NCBI GenBank assembly: GCA_026129165.1
Contig: JAHCIP010000002.1
Coordinates: 6,761-70,760, forward strand
Source: Anaerolineae bacterium
GTDB taxonomy: Bacteria; Chloroflexota; Anaerolineae; Epilineales; JAHCIE01
Direction: 5' to 3'
Length of the DNA stretch: 64,000 bases
Every line of letters begins with the position of its first letter. Position 1 is the stretch's first letter. Position numbers and translations under genes: made by a program. Below the pieces are notes generated by a model, which ran no database searches, was not told the origin of the DNA, and worked only from the letters and a program-made list of their open reading frames with translations. Of the stretch, positions 46,123 through 56,699 are shown in pieces.

Positions 46123-46950
46123 CTACGCGAGAGGGTCGCGGGCCGACGACGGGGTGGGCGTCGGGGCGGTGACTGGCGGATCGTGGGCCGCGACAGCCAG
46201 CACAGGGCCAAGTTCAGCGTGGATCAGTTCAAGGATGCGCGTGCGGGTCTCTGGCCCACGGCCAAATGGAGCCTTGACCACAAGGGTGAGGTCGGTCGTT
46301 GTCCCCACAACGCCGTGTTCGCTCAGCAGCTTGGGTGGCTCAACCAGGTCAGGAAACAAGGCTTCGACGCGTTGGACCACGTGCTGAAGCCGCGCCAGGG
46401 CCGTGGGCAACCCTTCACTGGGTACCGTGACTGTCACCGTCGCGGGTGAGAAACTGGCGCGGGAGAAGTTACGAATATTGCGCACATCTCCGTTAGGGAT
46501 GATATACAATTCTCCGGTGTCGGCGCGGAGGCGGGTGGTGCGCAGATCAACATTCTCGACATAGCCCTGCACGCCGGCCACCTCAATCTTCTCCCCCACG
46601 CTGAACTGATCCTCGAAAATGAGCGTAAATCCAGTCAGATAGTCACTGACTAGGGGCCGCGCGCCCAGCCCCAACCCGGCGCTAAACAAACCCAGGAAGG
46701 TAAGAAGCGCGGCTAAACCCGTGAATTGGGCCAGAATCAGGGTGAAGACCACCACGGCGATGATAAAGGTGACGGCGTGGCCGAGGAGCGAACGCAGGGT
46801 GGTCTGACGCGCCACACTCATGGGGCGGCGCGTTCGTGACAGCCACGACTTCAGGGCACGCCTCACCAGAGGGTGGACCACGAGAGCCACTCCCACGATT
46901 AGAACAACACGGAACCACTGGGTGACGCCAGGGGTAACGAGGAACGGCAT
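46123..46950 (-). CDS. Mechanosensitive ion channel (MscS family)
   Basis: Three TM segments plus an MscS beta-domain region (GEKIEVAGVQGYVENVDLRTTRL). Confidence 0.75.
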   Translation of the reverse strand: MPFLVTPGVTQWFRVVLIVGVALVVHPLVRRALKSWLSRTRRPMSVARQTTLRSLLGHAVTFIIAVVVFTLILAQFTGLAALLTFLGLFSAGLGLGARPLVSDYLTGFTLIFEDQFSVGEKIEVAGVQGYVENVDLRTTRLRADTGELYIIPNGDVRNIRNFSRASFSPATVTVTVPSEGLPTALARLQHVVQRVEALFPDLVEPPKLLSEHGVVGTTTDLTLVVKAPFGRGPETRTRILELIHAELGPVLAVAAHDPPVTAPTPTPSSARDPLA

Positions 46951-46956
46951 AGGCGG

Positions 46957-47847
46957 CTAGGCGATGACGCGCAGCTTCTGGGGCAGCAACTCGAAGTCCA
47001 GATGCTTGACGTGGCTATACAGCAGTTCGCCGTCGGCATGAACAGGAATGCCGACGGGTGCGTCAATCGTTACCCAGGCGCTGCGGACGACGGACACCGG
47101 CGGTTCATAGATGTGGGTCCCCTTCATCACCTTAGGTAACAGGCGCAGGATTTCGAGGCGGCTGATGGCATTGGCGATGACCAGTTCGAATTGGCCATCG
47201 GCAATATCGGCCTGGGGCGCGATCCAGAACTGGCCGCCGGTGCGTTGGCCATTGGCAATGGAGGCCAGGAGAATATCACGCTCGACCGAGCCGCCCTCCC
47301 AGGCGATACGCAGGTGGGGGAGGGGATAGCCGACCAGGCAGCGAAACACAGCGATGAGGTAGACCAGTGGACCAAGCGGCGCACTGATCTTGCGGCTCTC
47401 GATATTCGCCTGACCGCTGAAGGCAACGCCCACCTCGTTGGCGAAGTACTCCTCGTTCACGCGGCCCAGGTCCACCAGACGCGGCGTACCTGCCGCCAGC
47501 CGCGTCACAGCCTGCTCGACGCCATGCCTCGCCAGACCGATCATATAGGCAAAATCGTCGCCGGTCCCGACCGGAATAACGCCTAGCGCCGCCGTCTCAC
47601 CTCCGTTGGCGGCCTGCGCCAGCCCATTGACTACCTCGTGCACTGTCCCATCGCCCCCCACCGCCACGACAACATCGTGGCTCTCGGCGGCGTGGCGGGC
47701 CAGTCGGATGGCGTCACGCGGCCCTTCCGTCACGTCCAGGTCGGCCTGGAGGCCATGCGCGGCGATCTGGGCCAGCAGCGCGGCGCGGATGCGACCACCG
47801 GCCCCCCGCCCGGCCCACGGATTGAGGATGAGTTTGTGTTTTCGCAT
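46957..47847 (-). CDS. Diacylglycerol kinase family lipid kinase (YegS/DagK-like)
   Basis: DAGK_cat motif VVAVGGDGTVHEVVNGL. Confidence 0.8.
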   Translation of the reverse strand: MRKHKLILNPWAGRGAGGRIRAALLAQIAAHGLQADLDVTEGPRDAIRLARHAAESHDVVVAVGGDGTVHEVVNGLAQAANGGETAALGVIPVGTGDDFAYMIGLARHGVEQAVTRLAAGTPRLVDLGRVNEEYFANEVGVAFSGQANIESRKISAPLGPLVYLIAVFRCLVGYPLPHLRIAWEGGSVERDILLASIANGQRTGGQFWIAPQADIADGQFELVIANAISRLEILRLLPKVMKGTHIYEPPVSVVRSAWVTIDAPVGIPVHADGELLYSHVKHLDFELLPQKLRVIA

Positions 47848-47888
47848 GGCCGTGTCTCCCCCTGGGGTGGCGTATCGTCAGTTTTCCG

Positions 47889-48392
47889 TTAGCCTCGTTC
47901 CCGTACCCCTGCTAGCCGCAAGACTACCACTTCCAGTAGCCGCTTGATGCGGATGAACCACGGCTCGCGCACCTCAATGGGAGCAACCAGGATGGTGTAC
48001 AGCCCCAGGCGGTTGCCGGCCCAGACATCGGTGAAGATCTGGTCGCCCACCATCGCCGCCTGGGCCGGTGTCAGACCCAGTTGATCCAGCGCCCGCCGCA
48101 GCCCGCGCCGGCGAGGCTTGCCGGAGCGGGGCACGCCGGGCACGCCCAGCTTGTCGGCCAGCAGCAGCGTGCGGTGGGAGGGACCGTTGGACACGATACA
48201 CACCTGAAAGCCCTGGTCACGGACTTGCTGTATCCAGCCCGTGACCTCGGCGGTAAACTCGTTACCATAATGGGCCAGCAGGGTATTGTCCAGGTCGAAC
48301 AATAGGCCGCGAATGTCGCGGGCGCGTAGTTCATCCAGCGAGATGTTGTGGACGGCGTGGACAAGCAGGTTAGGGACAAAGGGCTTCAACAT
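47889..48392 (-). CDS. HAD-IIIA family phosphatase (YqeG-like)
   Basis: LLFDLDNTL (DxDxT) ... SNG ... GDQIFTD. Confidence 0.7.
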   Translation of the reverse strand: MLKPFVPNLLVHAVHNISLDELRARDIRGLLFDLDNTLLAHYGNEFTAEVTGWIQQVRDQGFQVCIVSNGPSHRTLLLADKLGVPGVPRSGKPRRRGLRRALDQLGLTPAQAAMVGDQIFTDVWAGNRLGLYTILVAPIEVREPWFIRIKRLLEVVVLRLAGVRERG

Positions 48393-48406
48393 CGTGCCAG
48401 CCTATC

Positions 48407-49897
48407 TTACGTTAACTCTACATCGTGCGGGCCGCTTTCCTTGACGCCAGCCTGGGTGATGCGGACAAAGCGCGCCTGGGTCTGGAGTTCGTCAATGGTC
48501 ATCGCCCCGGCATAGCTCAGGCCCGACCGCAGGCCGCCAACCATTTGACCCAGCACTTCGCCCACATCGCCTCGATAGGGCACCACGGCCTCGACGCCCT
48601 CGGCCACCACGGCCTGCCAGTCCACCTCTTCCGGCGCTTTGTCCCCTGGCTCCACGCCCTGACGGCTGATATTGGCGGCCAGCGAGGCCATGCCCCGGCT
48701 GACCTTGTATTTGCGGCCGCGCCGCATGACCGTCATGCCTGGGCTTTCGGTGGTGCCGGCCAGCAGGCTGCCAATCATGACGGTCTGGGCGCCGGCGGCC
48801 AGCGCCTTGACCAGGTCGCCCGACGCGCGGACGCCGCCATCGGCGATGATAGGCACGCCCAGGCGGCGGCTGGCCGCGGCGCACTCCAGAATGGCGCTGA
48901 GTTGGGGCACGCCGAAGCCGGTGACGATGCGAGTAATGCAGATGGAGCCAGGGCCGACACCCACTTTGACGGCATCCGCCCCCGCCTCGGCCAGGTCCTC
49001 GACGCCCTCGGCTGAGGCAACATTGCCGCCTATCAGGTCCACGTCCGCCCCGAAATGGCGGCGCAATTGACGCACAGCGTCAATTGCATTGTCGGAGTGG
49101 CCGTGGGCGATGTCCACCACCAGACAGTCAGCGCCAGCTTTGATGAGCAGTTCGGCGCGGTCGAGGTAGCCAGGGCGCACGCCCACCGCCGCGCCGACGC
49201 GCAGCCGGCCCTTACTGTCCTTAGTTGCCAGGGGGAACTGCTGCCGCTTCTGGATGTCCTTGGAGGTAATCACCCCCACCAGGCGGTCGCCCTCGTCCAG
49301 TAGCGGCAGCTTCTCGATTTTGTGCCGATGCAGGATGGCCTGGGCCGCTTCGATGGTCGTATCGGGCGGGGCGGTGATAAGCTTGTCGCGCGGCGTCATA
49401 ACGGCGCGGACCACAACATTAGGGTCGTCCTCAAACAACAGGTCACGCGCGGTGAGGATGCCCACTAACAGGCCCTCTTCTACGACAATAAGTCCACCTG
49501 TGTCCCACTGCCGCATCAAGCGGCGGGCCTGGGCCGCGCTAGCGGTCGGGGCGATAGAGTAGGGTGACTCGACGACGTAGCTCTCGGCCCGCTTAACCTT
49601 AGCGACCTCGGCCGCCTGTCGTTCGGGGAGATTGAAACGATGGATGATTCCCAGTCCACCAGCGCGGGCGAGGGCAATCGCCATCGCCGACTCGGTCACG
49701 GTGTCCATATTGGCGCTGACAATGGGAATCGCTAGACGAATACGAGGCGTGAGTTGCGTGGCGGTGCTGACATCTCCCCGCGACCGGATAGCTGACCGGC
49801 GCGGGACGAGCAACACATCGTCAAAGGTTAAGCCGAGGGGGAAGTCGGCGTCAAACGTCAGGTCTGGGTCAGTCAGATGCTCAAGGGGAGTCGCCAT
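48407..49897 (-). CDS. guaB: Inosine-5'-monophosphate dehydrogenase with a CBS pair
   Basis: [25 protein letters not shown], the catalytic Cys loop [15 protein letters not shown] and a CBS region. Confidence 0.9.
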   Translation of the reverse strand: MATPLEHLTDPDLTFDADFPLGLTFDDVLLVPRRSAIRSRGDVSTATQLTPRIRLAIPIVSANMDTVTESAMAIALARAGGLGIIHRFNLPERQAAEVAKVKRAESYVVESPYSIAPTASAAQARRLMRQWDTGGLIVVEEGLLVGILTARDLLFEDDPNVVVRAVMTPRDKLITAPPDTTIEAAQAILHRHKIEKLPLLDEGDRLVGVITSKDIQKRQQFPLATKDSKGRLRVGAAVGVRPGYLDRAELLIKAGADCLVVDIAHGHSDNAIDAVRQLRRHFGADVDLIGGNVASAEGVEDLAEAGADAVKVGVGPGSICITRIVTGFGVPQLSAILECAAASRRLGVPIIADGGVRASGDLVKALAAGAQTVMIGSLLAGTTESPGMTVMRRGRKYKVSRGMASLAANISRQGVEPGDKAPEEVDWQAVVAEGVEAVVPYRGDVGEVLGQMVGGLRSGLSYAGAMTIDELQTQARFVRITQAGVKESGPHDVELT

Positions 49898-50037
49898 ACA
49901 CCCTGTCTCCTGGAGATGCTACAAGTGGTTCACAACCCCTCTATTATACATCAACCCGGCTTGGGACGCCTAAGCCGCGCCCACCTGAGATGCCACAAGA
50001 CTTTGACCGGCGGTAGGGTCCGTGCTAGGATTGAGGT

Positions 50038-50997
50038 ATGCTGAACTGGATTGACTTGATTGTCGTGCTGATTGTGGTGGTATATCTGGCCCGAGGGTGG
50101 TACGAAGGATTTCTACGTGTCACGCTCGACCTGGTGGGCCTGGCGCTCATCTTTTGGGCGGGGTGGCGATTCTATCTTCGCCTCAGCGGGTGGCTGGCGG
50201 GCCAATGGCGCATCCCAGAAGTCTACGGCCGACCGCTCGGCTTCCTGCTGGCGGGCATTGTCGCGGCCAGTATATTCTGGATTATAGCCGGGCTGATCCT
50301 GGGGGCCTTGCCGCGCCAGGTCCACCATTCGTGGCTGAACCGACTGCTCGGCCTGCTGCCCGCCGCCCTGTCTGGCCTGCTGGTAGCCGCCCTGGTCGTC
50401 ACACTCGTAAGCGTAGCTCCGACGGACCTGCCCCTCGCCTCGGCTGTGCCGTCGTCCATGCTCGGCCGCCCCCTCGCGGAGTGGACGACCAAGGTCGAAG
50501 GCCGGCTGCGGCCCGTCTTTGGCGATGCTATTGCTGAGACGCTCAACTTCCTGACAGTACGCCCGGAAACCGACGCCTTCCTGGAATTGCCTTACCGCGT
50601 GGCCGACCCCAGGCCCGCGCTGGACGCCGAGGAGGAGATGCTGCGGCTGGTCAACGAGGAACGGGGGAGAGTGGGTATCGCGGCCCTGGTGATGGACGAC
50701 CGGCTGCGTGCGTTGGCGCAGACGCACTCCCGTGATATGTTCCAGCGCGGCTACTTCTCCCACTATACGCCGGACCGCCTCTCACCGTTCGACCGCATGG
50801 ACCAGTTCGGCATCCGTTACCTGACAGCAGGCGAAAATCTAGCCCTCGCGCCTACTACGCAGGCGGCGATGCGCGGGCTGATGAACAGCCCCGGTCACCG
50901 GGCGAATATCCTATCGCCGTCATTCCGTCGTATCGGCATCGGCGCGATGGACGGCGGTCTGCGCGGGTTGATGTTTAGCCAGGAGTTTACGAATTAG
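50038..50997 (+). CDS. CvpA-family membrane domain fused to a C-terminal CAP/SCP (YkwD-like) domain
   Basis: N-terminus MLNWIDLIVVLIVVVYLARGW (CvpA). C-terminus EEMLRLVNEERGRVGIAALVMDDRLRALAQTHSRDM...HYTPD...GENLA (CAP). Confidence 0.7.
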   Translation: MLNWIDLIVVLIVVVYLARGWYEGFLRVTLDLVGLALIFWAGWRFYLRLSGWLAGQWRIPEVYGRPLGFLLAGIVAASIFWIIAGLILGALPRQVHHSWLNRLLGLLPAALSGLLVAALVVTLVSVAPTDLPLASAVPSSMLGRPLAEWTTKVEGRLRPVFGDAIAETLNFLTVRPETDAFLELPYRVADPRPALDAEEEMLRLVNEERGRVGIAALVMDDRLRALAQTHSRDMFQRGYFSHYTPDRLSPFDRMDQFGIRYLTAGENLALAPTTQAAMRGLMNSPGHRANILSPSFRRIGIGAMDGGLRGLMFSQEFTN

Positions 50998-51725
50998 TGG
51001 AGCCTCCAGCCCCTTCACCTGTCACGCCAGGGCGAGACACAGAAGACCTCAGCCCACTCCTCTCGACGCCTGCTCCGGCGTCCGCTACCTTTGATACACC
51101 CTCCACGGGGCAGCCGGTCGGGGCGATCGCCCCTGTCCCGGCCGGCGCCTCGCCAGCGGCCAATAACCTAGCGTGGCATATGGCCGGCGCCCTCGTCTAC
51201 GCCCTGGCGACGGTGTTGATTCTGGCCGTCGGGCCAATTGCCCTCACGGCGCTGGGGCCGTCCTGGCTAGGCTGGCTGGTGTGGCCGCTGGTCCTGTTCA
51301 CCGGCTGGCGGATGCTGCGCCATTTCCAGGGGCTGGCCGAAGTTCGAGTCGAGTTGGCGGCGGCGTTGGCGCTGCTGATTGGAGCGATGTTGGGCATGGG
51401 GTGGGCCATGGCGGCGGAGACCGGCTGGCTGCCGCCCCTGACCATGCCGAATCTGGGCGCGGCCCCCGCCGCCCCACCGACCGCCACGCCTACAGGCGCG
51501 CAATTCCACGTCGGGGTGGCGGTGCGTGTGGTACAGACTCAGGGAGCCGGGCTGCGGGTTCGCTCTGGGGCCGGGGTCAACACAGCGCCCGTAGGCTTTC
51601 TGACTGAGGGCGCCATGGCGCGTATCACCGCCGGGCCGCAGTACGCCGACAGTTTCCGCTGGTGGCAGGTGGAGGGCGAAGGGGTGACAGGTTGGGTGGC
51701 GGACCCGTGGCTAGAAGTGGAATAG
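50997..51725 (+). CDS. Membrane protein with a C-terminal SH3b domain; translationally coupled (taGTG overlap)
   Basis: Pro/Ala-rich N-terminus, two TM segments, then an SH3_3-like region (VGVAVRVVQTQGAGLRVRSGAGVNTAPVGFLTEGAMARI...WWQVEGEGVTGWVADPWL). Confidence 0.5.
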   Translation: MEPPAPSPVTPGRDTEDLSPLLSTPAPASATFDTPSTGQPVGAIAPVPAGASPAANNLAWHMAGALVYALATVLILAVGPIALTALGPSWLGWLVWPLVLFTGWRMLRHFQGLAEVRVELAAALALLIGAMLGMGWAMAAETGWLPPLTMPNLGAAPAAPPTATPTGAQFHVGVAVRVVQTQGAGLRVRSGAGVNTAPVGFLTEGAMARITAGPQYADSFRWWQVEGEGVTGWVADPWLEVE

Positions 51726-51731
51726 TCTCTC

Positions 51732-52142
51732 CTACTTGCCTACGACCAGATAGCGGTTCGCCCCGGTACGTCCCACCTGATACATGCGCCCGCTGATGAG
51801 TTGGTCGCCCACCATCTGACGGTCAAACCGAATCTGGACGCTAAAGATGTGGCCGGCCGGCGTCTCCCACCAGTCAGTCTGGCGATCTACCTCAATGGTC
51901 AAACCCGTCGTCGTCGTCTGAAGTTTGAGTAGACGGTCCTCCAGAAAAGCCACCACCCCTCGCGCCGACTCCTCACGCACAGGCACGCGCCATGCCTTCG
52001 CCAGGTCCTCCATCACCTGGGCCACCTTCTTCTCATACCCCGTCGTTGGCGTCTCCAGCCAAACCGACAATTCAGTGAGAGCCGTCCGCACCTGAGGCAT
52101 TGGCTCCATCCGCCGACCAAAGAGGCGGCCCATCCAGCTCAT
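51732..52142 (-). CDS. Hypothetical protein (136 aa)
   Basis: Open frame with balanced composition; it overlaps the downstream M20 gene start by 4 nt. No family recognised. Confidence 0.4.
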   Translation of the reverse strand: MSWMGRLFGRRMEPMPQVRTALTELSVWLETPTTGYEKKVAQVMEDLAKAWRVPVREESARGVVAFLEDRLLKLQTTTTGLTIEVDRQTDWWETPAGHIFSVQIRFDRQMVGDQLISGRMYQVGRTGANRYLVVGK

Positions 52143-53302
52143 GGCAGCCCTACCCGGCCAGAAGTGACGGCCTCAAGGACGCCTGCGACCAGTGCGGCCC
52201 GTGCGGCCAGCTGGCTAACCAGCAGGTGTTCGTCGTGGCCGTGCGCCCCGCCACCCACGACACCCAGCCCGTCCAGGGTGGGGACACCAATGGCTGAGGT
52301 AAAGTTGCCGTCGCTGCCACCGCCACTGCTGCTCTCGGTAATGGCCAGGCCCAGGCTTTCCCCTACTCGCTGCGCGGCCTCAAACAGGGCAACAGTACCA
52401 GGCGTCCGCTCCATGGGGGGGCGGTTGAGACCACCACTGACCTCGATTTTAGCCCCTGGATTAAATGGCTGGCGGTTGAGGATCGCTTCCGTCATCCGTT
52501 CGCCTTCGGCTTTGTTGGTCACCCGCAGATCAATGTCCGCCACGGCCTCGGCGGCGATCACATTGGCCCGCGTCCCGCCCTGCATGACCCCGACATTGAT
52601 GGTCGTGCCCCGGCCGTGATCGGCCAGGCCATAGAGGTCCACCACCTGCCGCGCCATCTCCTCCACCGCGCTCACACCATACTCGGCTACCCACCCGCTA
52701 TGGCCGGGCTGGCCGATGACCTTCAGATGGAACCGCCCGACCCCCTTGCGACTCGTCTTTAGAGCGGCGTTGGGGGGCTGGGCCGGTTCGAGAACCAGGG
52801 CGGCCTGGCTGCGGCGTGCCTCGCTCTCAATCAGGCTGCGGCTCGTCAGGCTGCCCACCTCTTCATCGCTGTTGATGAGGAAGGTGACAGGACCATGGAG
52901 ACGGACCATCTCGCGGAGGCAGCGAACGGCCATCAGGCCGAGCACGAAGCCACCTTTCATATCGTACACGCCTGGGCCACGTAGTTGGTCGTCCACCACG
53001 CGCACAGGCATGCTATTCAGCGTACCGAGCGGCCAGACAGTGTCATAGTGGGCTAGAATCAGGGTCGGACGCTCGCCCTGACCCCAGCGGGCCACGAGAT
53101 GGTCGCCGCGCACGGCCTGGGGGAGCCGCTCCACCTCGGCTCCATATCCCGTCAGCATCCCCTCCAGATACGTCGCCAGGTGATCAGACGCCGCCTTCTC
53201 GGCCGGGTCGTGAGCCGTAGGCGACTCGTGTTCGGCGAGCAGCCGCACGAGAGCGACGATTTCATCGGTGTGGCGCTGCATATAGCTGAGCAACTCTGAC
53301 AT
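52139..53302 (-). CDS. M20 family metallopeptidase (ArgE/DapE/carboxypeptidase G2-like)
   Basis: HYDTVWP, DMKGG and the EEVGS metal-site motifs. Start at MSELLSY with a GGAGG Shine-Dalgarno; the track extension to 53332 is rejected. Confidence 0.75.
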   Translation of the reverse strand: MSELLSYMQRHTDEIVALVRLLAEHESPTAHDPAEKAASDHLATYLEGMLTGYGAEVERLPQAVRGDHLVARWGQGERPTLILAHYDTVWPLGTLNSMPVRVVDDQLRGPGVYDMKGGFVLGLMAVRCLREMVRLHGPVTFLINSDEEVGSLTSRSLIESEARRSQAALVLEPAQPPNAALKTSRKGVGRFHLKVIGQPGHSGWVAEYGVSAVEEMARQVVDLYGLADHGRGTTINVGVMQGGTRANVIAAEAVADIDLRVTNKAEGERMTEAILNRQPFNPGAKIEVSGGLNRPPMERTPGTVALFEAAQRVGESLGLAITESSSGGGSDGNFTSAIGVPTLDGLGVVGGGAHGHDEHLLVSQLAARAALVAGVLEAVTSGRVGLP

Positions 53303-53466
53303 TCTTCCTCCGCTGGCCCAGATTGTCCCCAAAAGTGTACCGCCGCGTAGGGCCGACTGTCAAGCCAGAGGGTTTATCGAGCGCTCACCTGGAACTCTTC
53401 TCCCCCCTGTCACGTCTCATAACCAGATTGTCCTCGTTGATGGAGAGAATGACAAGGAGGAGACCC

Positions 53467-54564
53467 ATGCGCTACATGTCCTCGCTCCGCTGGCTGAGCC
53501 TGCTGGCCCTGCTGGTTCTTCTGGCTGGCTGCCAGTTCGGCTCGAAGGTTGCTGCCCCGCCCGCTGGTCCAGTAGCGCCCACTGCTGACCAGGGTGTCCG
53601 CACCGAAGGGGCCACCGCCTCTGGCCTGCCCGCCGCGCCCGCCCAGGCGCCGGCCGCCCAGGCTCTGCGCCAAAACGCCCCCCCGCCTGGCGCAGCCGGG
53701 GGAGTCGGGGGCGGCGCAGCGGTGGAAGGGCCAAAGGCCGCTGCCACGGCTGCCCCAGCCGCAAAAGCCGCTGACCAAGCCCAGTCGAACACGCTAGCCG
53801 CGCTGACCCAGGTGGACCGCGATATCATCAAGACCGCCCAGCTTCAGATCTCAGTGGACGATGTGGATCGCGCCACCGACCAGATTATCGCGCTGGCCGC
53901 CTCACTGGGTGGCTTTATCCTGGACCAGCGGACGCAAGAGGCGGGCATCAAGCGCACGGCCACCGTCGTGCTACGCGTGCCAGTCAACACGTTTGAGGAA
54001 GCCCTCAAACGGCTGAGTGAATTGCCTGGCGGCCGGCTGGACAGCCGGCAGATTGCCAGCCAGGACGTGACCGATCAGTTGGTGGACATGGAATCGCGGC
54101 GGCGCAACCTGGAAGCGACTGAGGCGCGGATTCGGTCCTTCCTCGACCAGGCCAAGACGGTGGAAGAGGCGCTGCGGGTTAATCAGCAACTGGCCGACAT
54201 CCAGCGCCAGTTGGAGGAACTCAAGGGCCGTATGGAGTTCACCAAGAACCGCGCCGCGCTGTCCACCATCACCATTGACCTGCGGGTGACCCAGCCCACA
54301 CCGACGGTGACGCCGACACCGACGCTCACGCCCACGCCGACCCCGCTCCCAGGTTGGAACCCCGGCGACACGGCTCGGGATGCCACTAAGGTCACCGTCA
54401 GCCTCGCCCAGCGCCTCGCCGACGCGGCCATCTGGACGCTCCTCGTTGGCCTGCCGTTGGCCCTGCCCGTCCTCCTCGTCCTCGGCCTGGTCGCCCTCTG
54501 GCGGCGCTCTCGCCCAGCCGCCCTGCCCCCACGCCCTGGCAACGTAGCCGAGCCGGGCGACTAG
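53467..54564 (+). CDS. DUF4349 domain lipoprotein with a C-terminal TM anchor
   Basis: Lipobox LLAGCQ. An Ala/Pro-rich linker precedes the DUF4349 core (IIKTAQLQISVDDVDRATDQIIALAASLGGFI...RVPVNTFEEAL). C-terminal TM helix. Confidence 0.6.
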   Translation: MRYMSSLRWLSLLALLVLLAGCQFGSKVAAPPAGPVAPTADQGVRTEGATASGLPAAPAQAPAAQALRQNAPPPGAAGGVGGGAAVEGPKAAATAAPAAKAADQAQSNTLAALTQVDRDIIKTAQLQISVDDVDRATDQIIALAASLGGFILDQRTQEAGIKRTATVVLRVPVNTFEEALKRLSELPGGRLDSRQIASQDVTDQLVDMESRRRNLEATEARIRSFLDQAKTVEEALRVNQQLADIQRQLEELKGRMEFTKNRAALSTITIDLRVTQPTPTVTPTPTLTPTPTPLPGWNPGDTARDATKVTVSLAQRLADAAIWTLLVGLPLALPVLLVLGLVALWRRSRPAALPPRPGNVAEPGD

Positions 54565-54605
54565 CCAGACGTGATGGTCATGTCCACCTGTCGCCCCACA
54601 AGGTG

Positions 54606-54720
54606 TATCACCAAGCGCACGAAGGCTACGAAGACACGAAGCGGTGAATTTTAGTTTGTAAGCACGAAGACCGAGGGACAGCGTGGTGTTGCGCCCATTG
54701 TCCCTCGGTCTTAACAGCGA
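54606..54720. repeat. Tandem CACGAAG octamer repeats plus a 15-bp hairpin (gaagaccgagggaca/tgtccctcggtctt) between convergent genes
   Basis: gcgcacgaag gctacgaag acacgaag ... cacgaagaccgagggacag(loop)cattgtccctcggtctt. Confidence 0.5.
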
Positions 54721-54879
54721 TCCGTTGTCTGCTCTCGCCGGCCTGCTTGTGTCGGCAGGCCCCGTAGCCTGAACGCCAGGGCTGCCACTACCTCCAGCGA
54801 TCAGCGGTCAGCCTTCTGCCTACCGCCTTCTGGTGCCGTCCCCCATCCCTAATCCTCCGCCGTCCGCCCTCCGTCGCCG

Positions 54880-55581
54880 TCACGAGGGGTACGCGTCGCC
54901 GCCACTGGGCTTCTTGGGCGCGGGTGCGCTGCTCTCGCTCTTGAGGCGGGCCAATTCGTCCTCAACGTCGCCGCTACGCTCTAGCTCCTGGAACTGGGCG
55001 TCGAGCGACATGCCCTGGAGGGCCTGGTCGGCCTCGACCTGAGCCTCCTGGCCTCGAATCTTGGCCTCCATACGCGACAATTCGGATGTGGGATCCATCG
55101 AATTGAACTTTTGAGCCTGCTGTGAGAGGCGCTGCTGGGCGGCGGCGCGGCGGCTGCGATTAATCAACTCGTCGTGGCGGCGCAGCGCATCGTCATACTT
55201 GAACTCCAACTGCGCCAGGTCATCCTTAAGCTTCTGGACCAGGCTGCGCTGCGTGTCCAACTGCTGCTGATACAGGTCGAGGTTCTTCTTGTAGTCAGCC
55301 TTGCGGCGCAACGAATCGCGCGCCAGGTCGTCGCGGCCCTGCTGCACCGCCGCCCGCGCCTTCGCGTCCCACTCATTCACCATCGCCGTCGCGCGCTGGA
55401 CATCGGCCTCGATCATGCGCTGCTGGGCGATCATCTCCGCGACCTGGGCGCGCGCCTCCTCGATGGCCGACTTCATATCCCGCAGAATCTGGTCCAGCAT
55501 CTTCTCCGGGTCTTCGGACTTGTCCAGCATGTCGTTGAGGTTGGCGCGAATAATCGTCCCAATGCGATCCAGTATTGCCAT
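54880..55581 (-). CDS. pspA: PspA/IM30 (phage-shock protein A / Vipp1) family protein
   Basis: MAILDRIGTIIRANLNDMLDKSEDPEKMLDQILRDM... canonical PspA coiled-coil. Confidence 0.85.
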   Translation of the reverse strand: MAILDRIGTIIRANLNDMLDKSEDPEKMLDQILRDMKSAIEEARAQVAEMIAQQRMIEADVQRATAMVNEWDAKARAAVQQGRDDLARDSLRRKADYKKNLDLYQQQLDTQRSLVQKLKDDLAQLEFKYDDALRRHDELINRSRRAAAQQRLSQQAQKFNSMDPTSELSRMEAKIRGQEAQVEADQALQGMSLDAQFQELERSGDVEDELARLKSESSAPAPKKPSGGDAYPS

Positions 55582-55610
55582 AGCCTGTCCTCCTGGTCGG
55601 CAAACCTATG

Positions 55611-56687
55611 TTATTTTTGCTGGTAGACTTCTAGTTCGTACTGGCCGACGCGCTCGCCGTTGAAGGCGAAGGTCTGGCCGTCGGGCCAGCGCTCGGCCCA
55701 CAGGATGGTATCATTTGGCCCGGAGAAGCGGCGGTAATCTATCAACAGGCCGCGCCGTTCGCCGCCCAGCCCTTCCAGGGACACCTCAGCCGTGCCCTGG
55801 CCGCGCAAGACCAGGTCTTCCCCTGAAGACCACTGGCTCGCGGTAAACAGACCCGCCGGCGCTTGGCTCGACGTCAGCCAGTAATTGTCTACACCGCCGT
55901 TGAGCGTCAGCAGCCAGCGTTCCTCTTCGCCTGAGCGCAGTTGGAGACGACTCCACTGCACCCCTCGGTCATCAAACAGCAGCCGCCCCGTGACGGAATA
56001 ATCCACGCCACCCGCCGAGACGGCATCATTGACCTTCAACCCGCCAATCGTACCACGTTGCAACGGCGACTGCCCACCGGCCAGCACCTCGCGGGCCGTC
56101 TTGAGTTGCGTCTCACCGAGTAGGACTTCCATACGGCGGTCCACCATCTGGCGCACCTGGGCCGCGCCCGTTTCGAGGGCGGTGTGGTCGCCCGCCAGCC
56201 AGCGGTCGGTGGCGCGGTCCAGCTCGTCGGCCTTCGCCATCAGGCTACTATCCAGGCTCTGGAGCGTCTGGAACTGGGCCTGGCTGATGCTCGGCGCGAC
56301 GCCTTGCTCGTAGCCGGGCCGTCGCAGCCGGCCGGCTAGACCGCGTAGCTCAGCCAGGAAGGGCTTGGGGGCCGACTCATTCGCGCTCAGACGCGACGCT
56401 GCCTGCTCCAACCGTTCGGCCACGTACATGCGGGTGCGACGTTCCTGGTCGCGCCAGGCCGACTCCTGCTCAAAGGCTTTGGTCTCGACCTCCTCGACCA
56501 CGCCGCGCCGGTTGAGGAATACGCCGCTGACGACCAGGGCCGCGATAACCACCAACGCTGGCCCGAGGCATAGAATAGTTCCCGCCGCGGTGGGCTGAGC
56601 AAAGGCCAGCCACGCCACTGTTGAGACCCCTAGAACCGCAGCAATGATCCACAGGAGACGCCCGGTCATGCCTGTTTGATTCGTCAT
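55611..56687 (-). CDS. Membrane-anchored hypothetical protein encoded directly upstream of pspA (possibly a DUF4178-like beta-rich C-terminal domain)
   Basis: N-terminal 2 TM segments, a helical middle region and a beta-rich C-terminus. There is a 29-nt gap to pspA. Confidence 0.45.
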   Translation of the reverse strand: MTNQTGMTGRLLWIIAAVLGVSTVAWLAFAQPTAAGTILCLGPALVVIAALVVSGVFLNRRGVVEEVETKAFEQESAWRDQERRTRMYVAERLEQAASRLSANESAPKPFLAELRGLAGRLRRPGYEQGVAPSISQAQFQTLQSLDSSLMAKADELDRATDRWLAGDHTALETGAAQVRQMVDRRMEVLLGETQLKTAREVLAGGQSPLQRGTIGGLKVNDAVSAGGVDYSVTGRLLFDDRGVQWSRLQLRSGEEERWLLTLNGGVDNYWLTSSQAPAGLFTASQWSSGEDLVLRGQGTAEVSLEGLGGERRGLLIDYRRFSGPNDTILWAERWPDGQTFAFNGERVGQYELEVYQQK

Positions 56688-56699
56688 AGACCATCCCTC

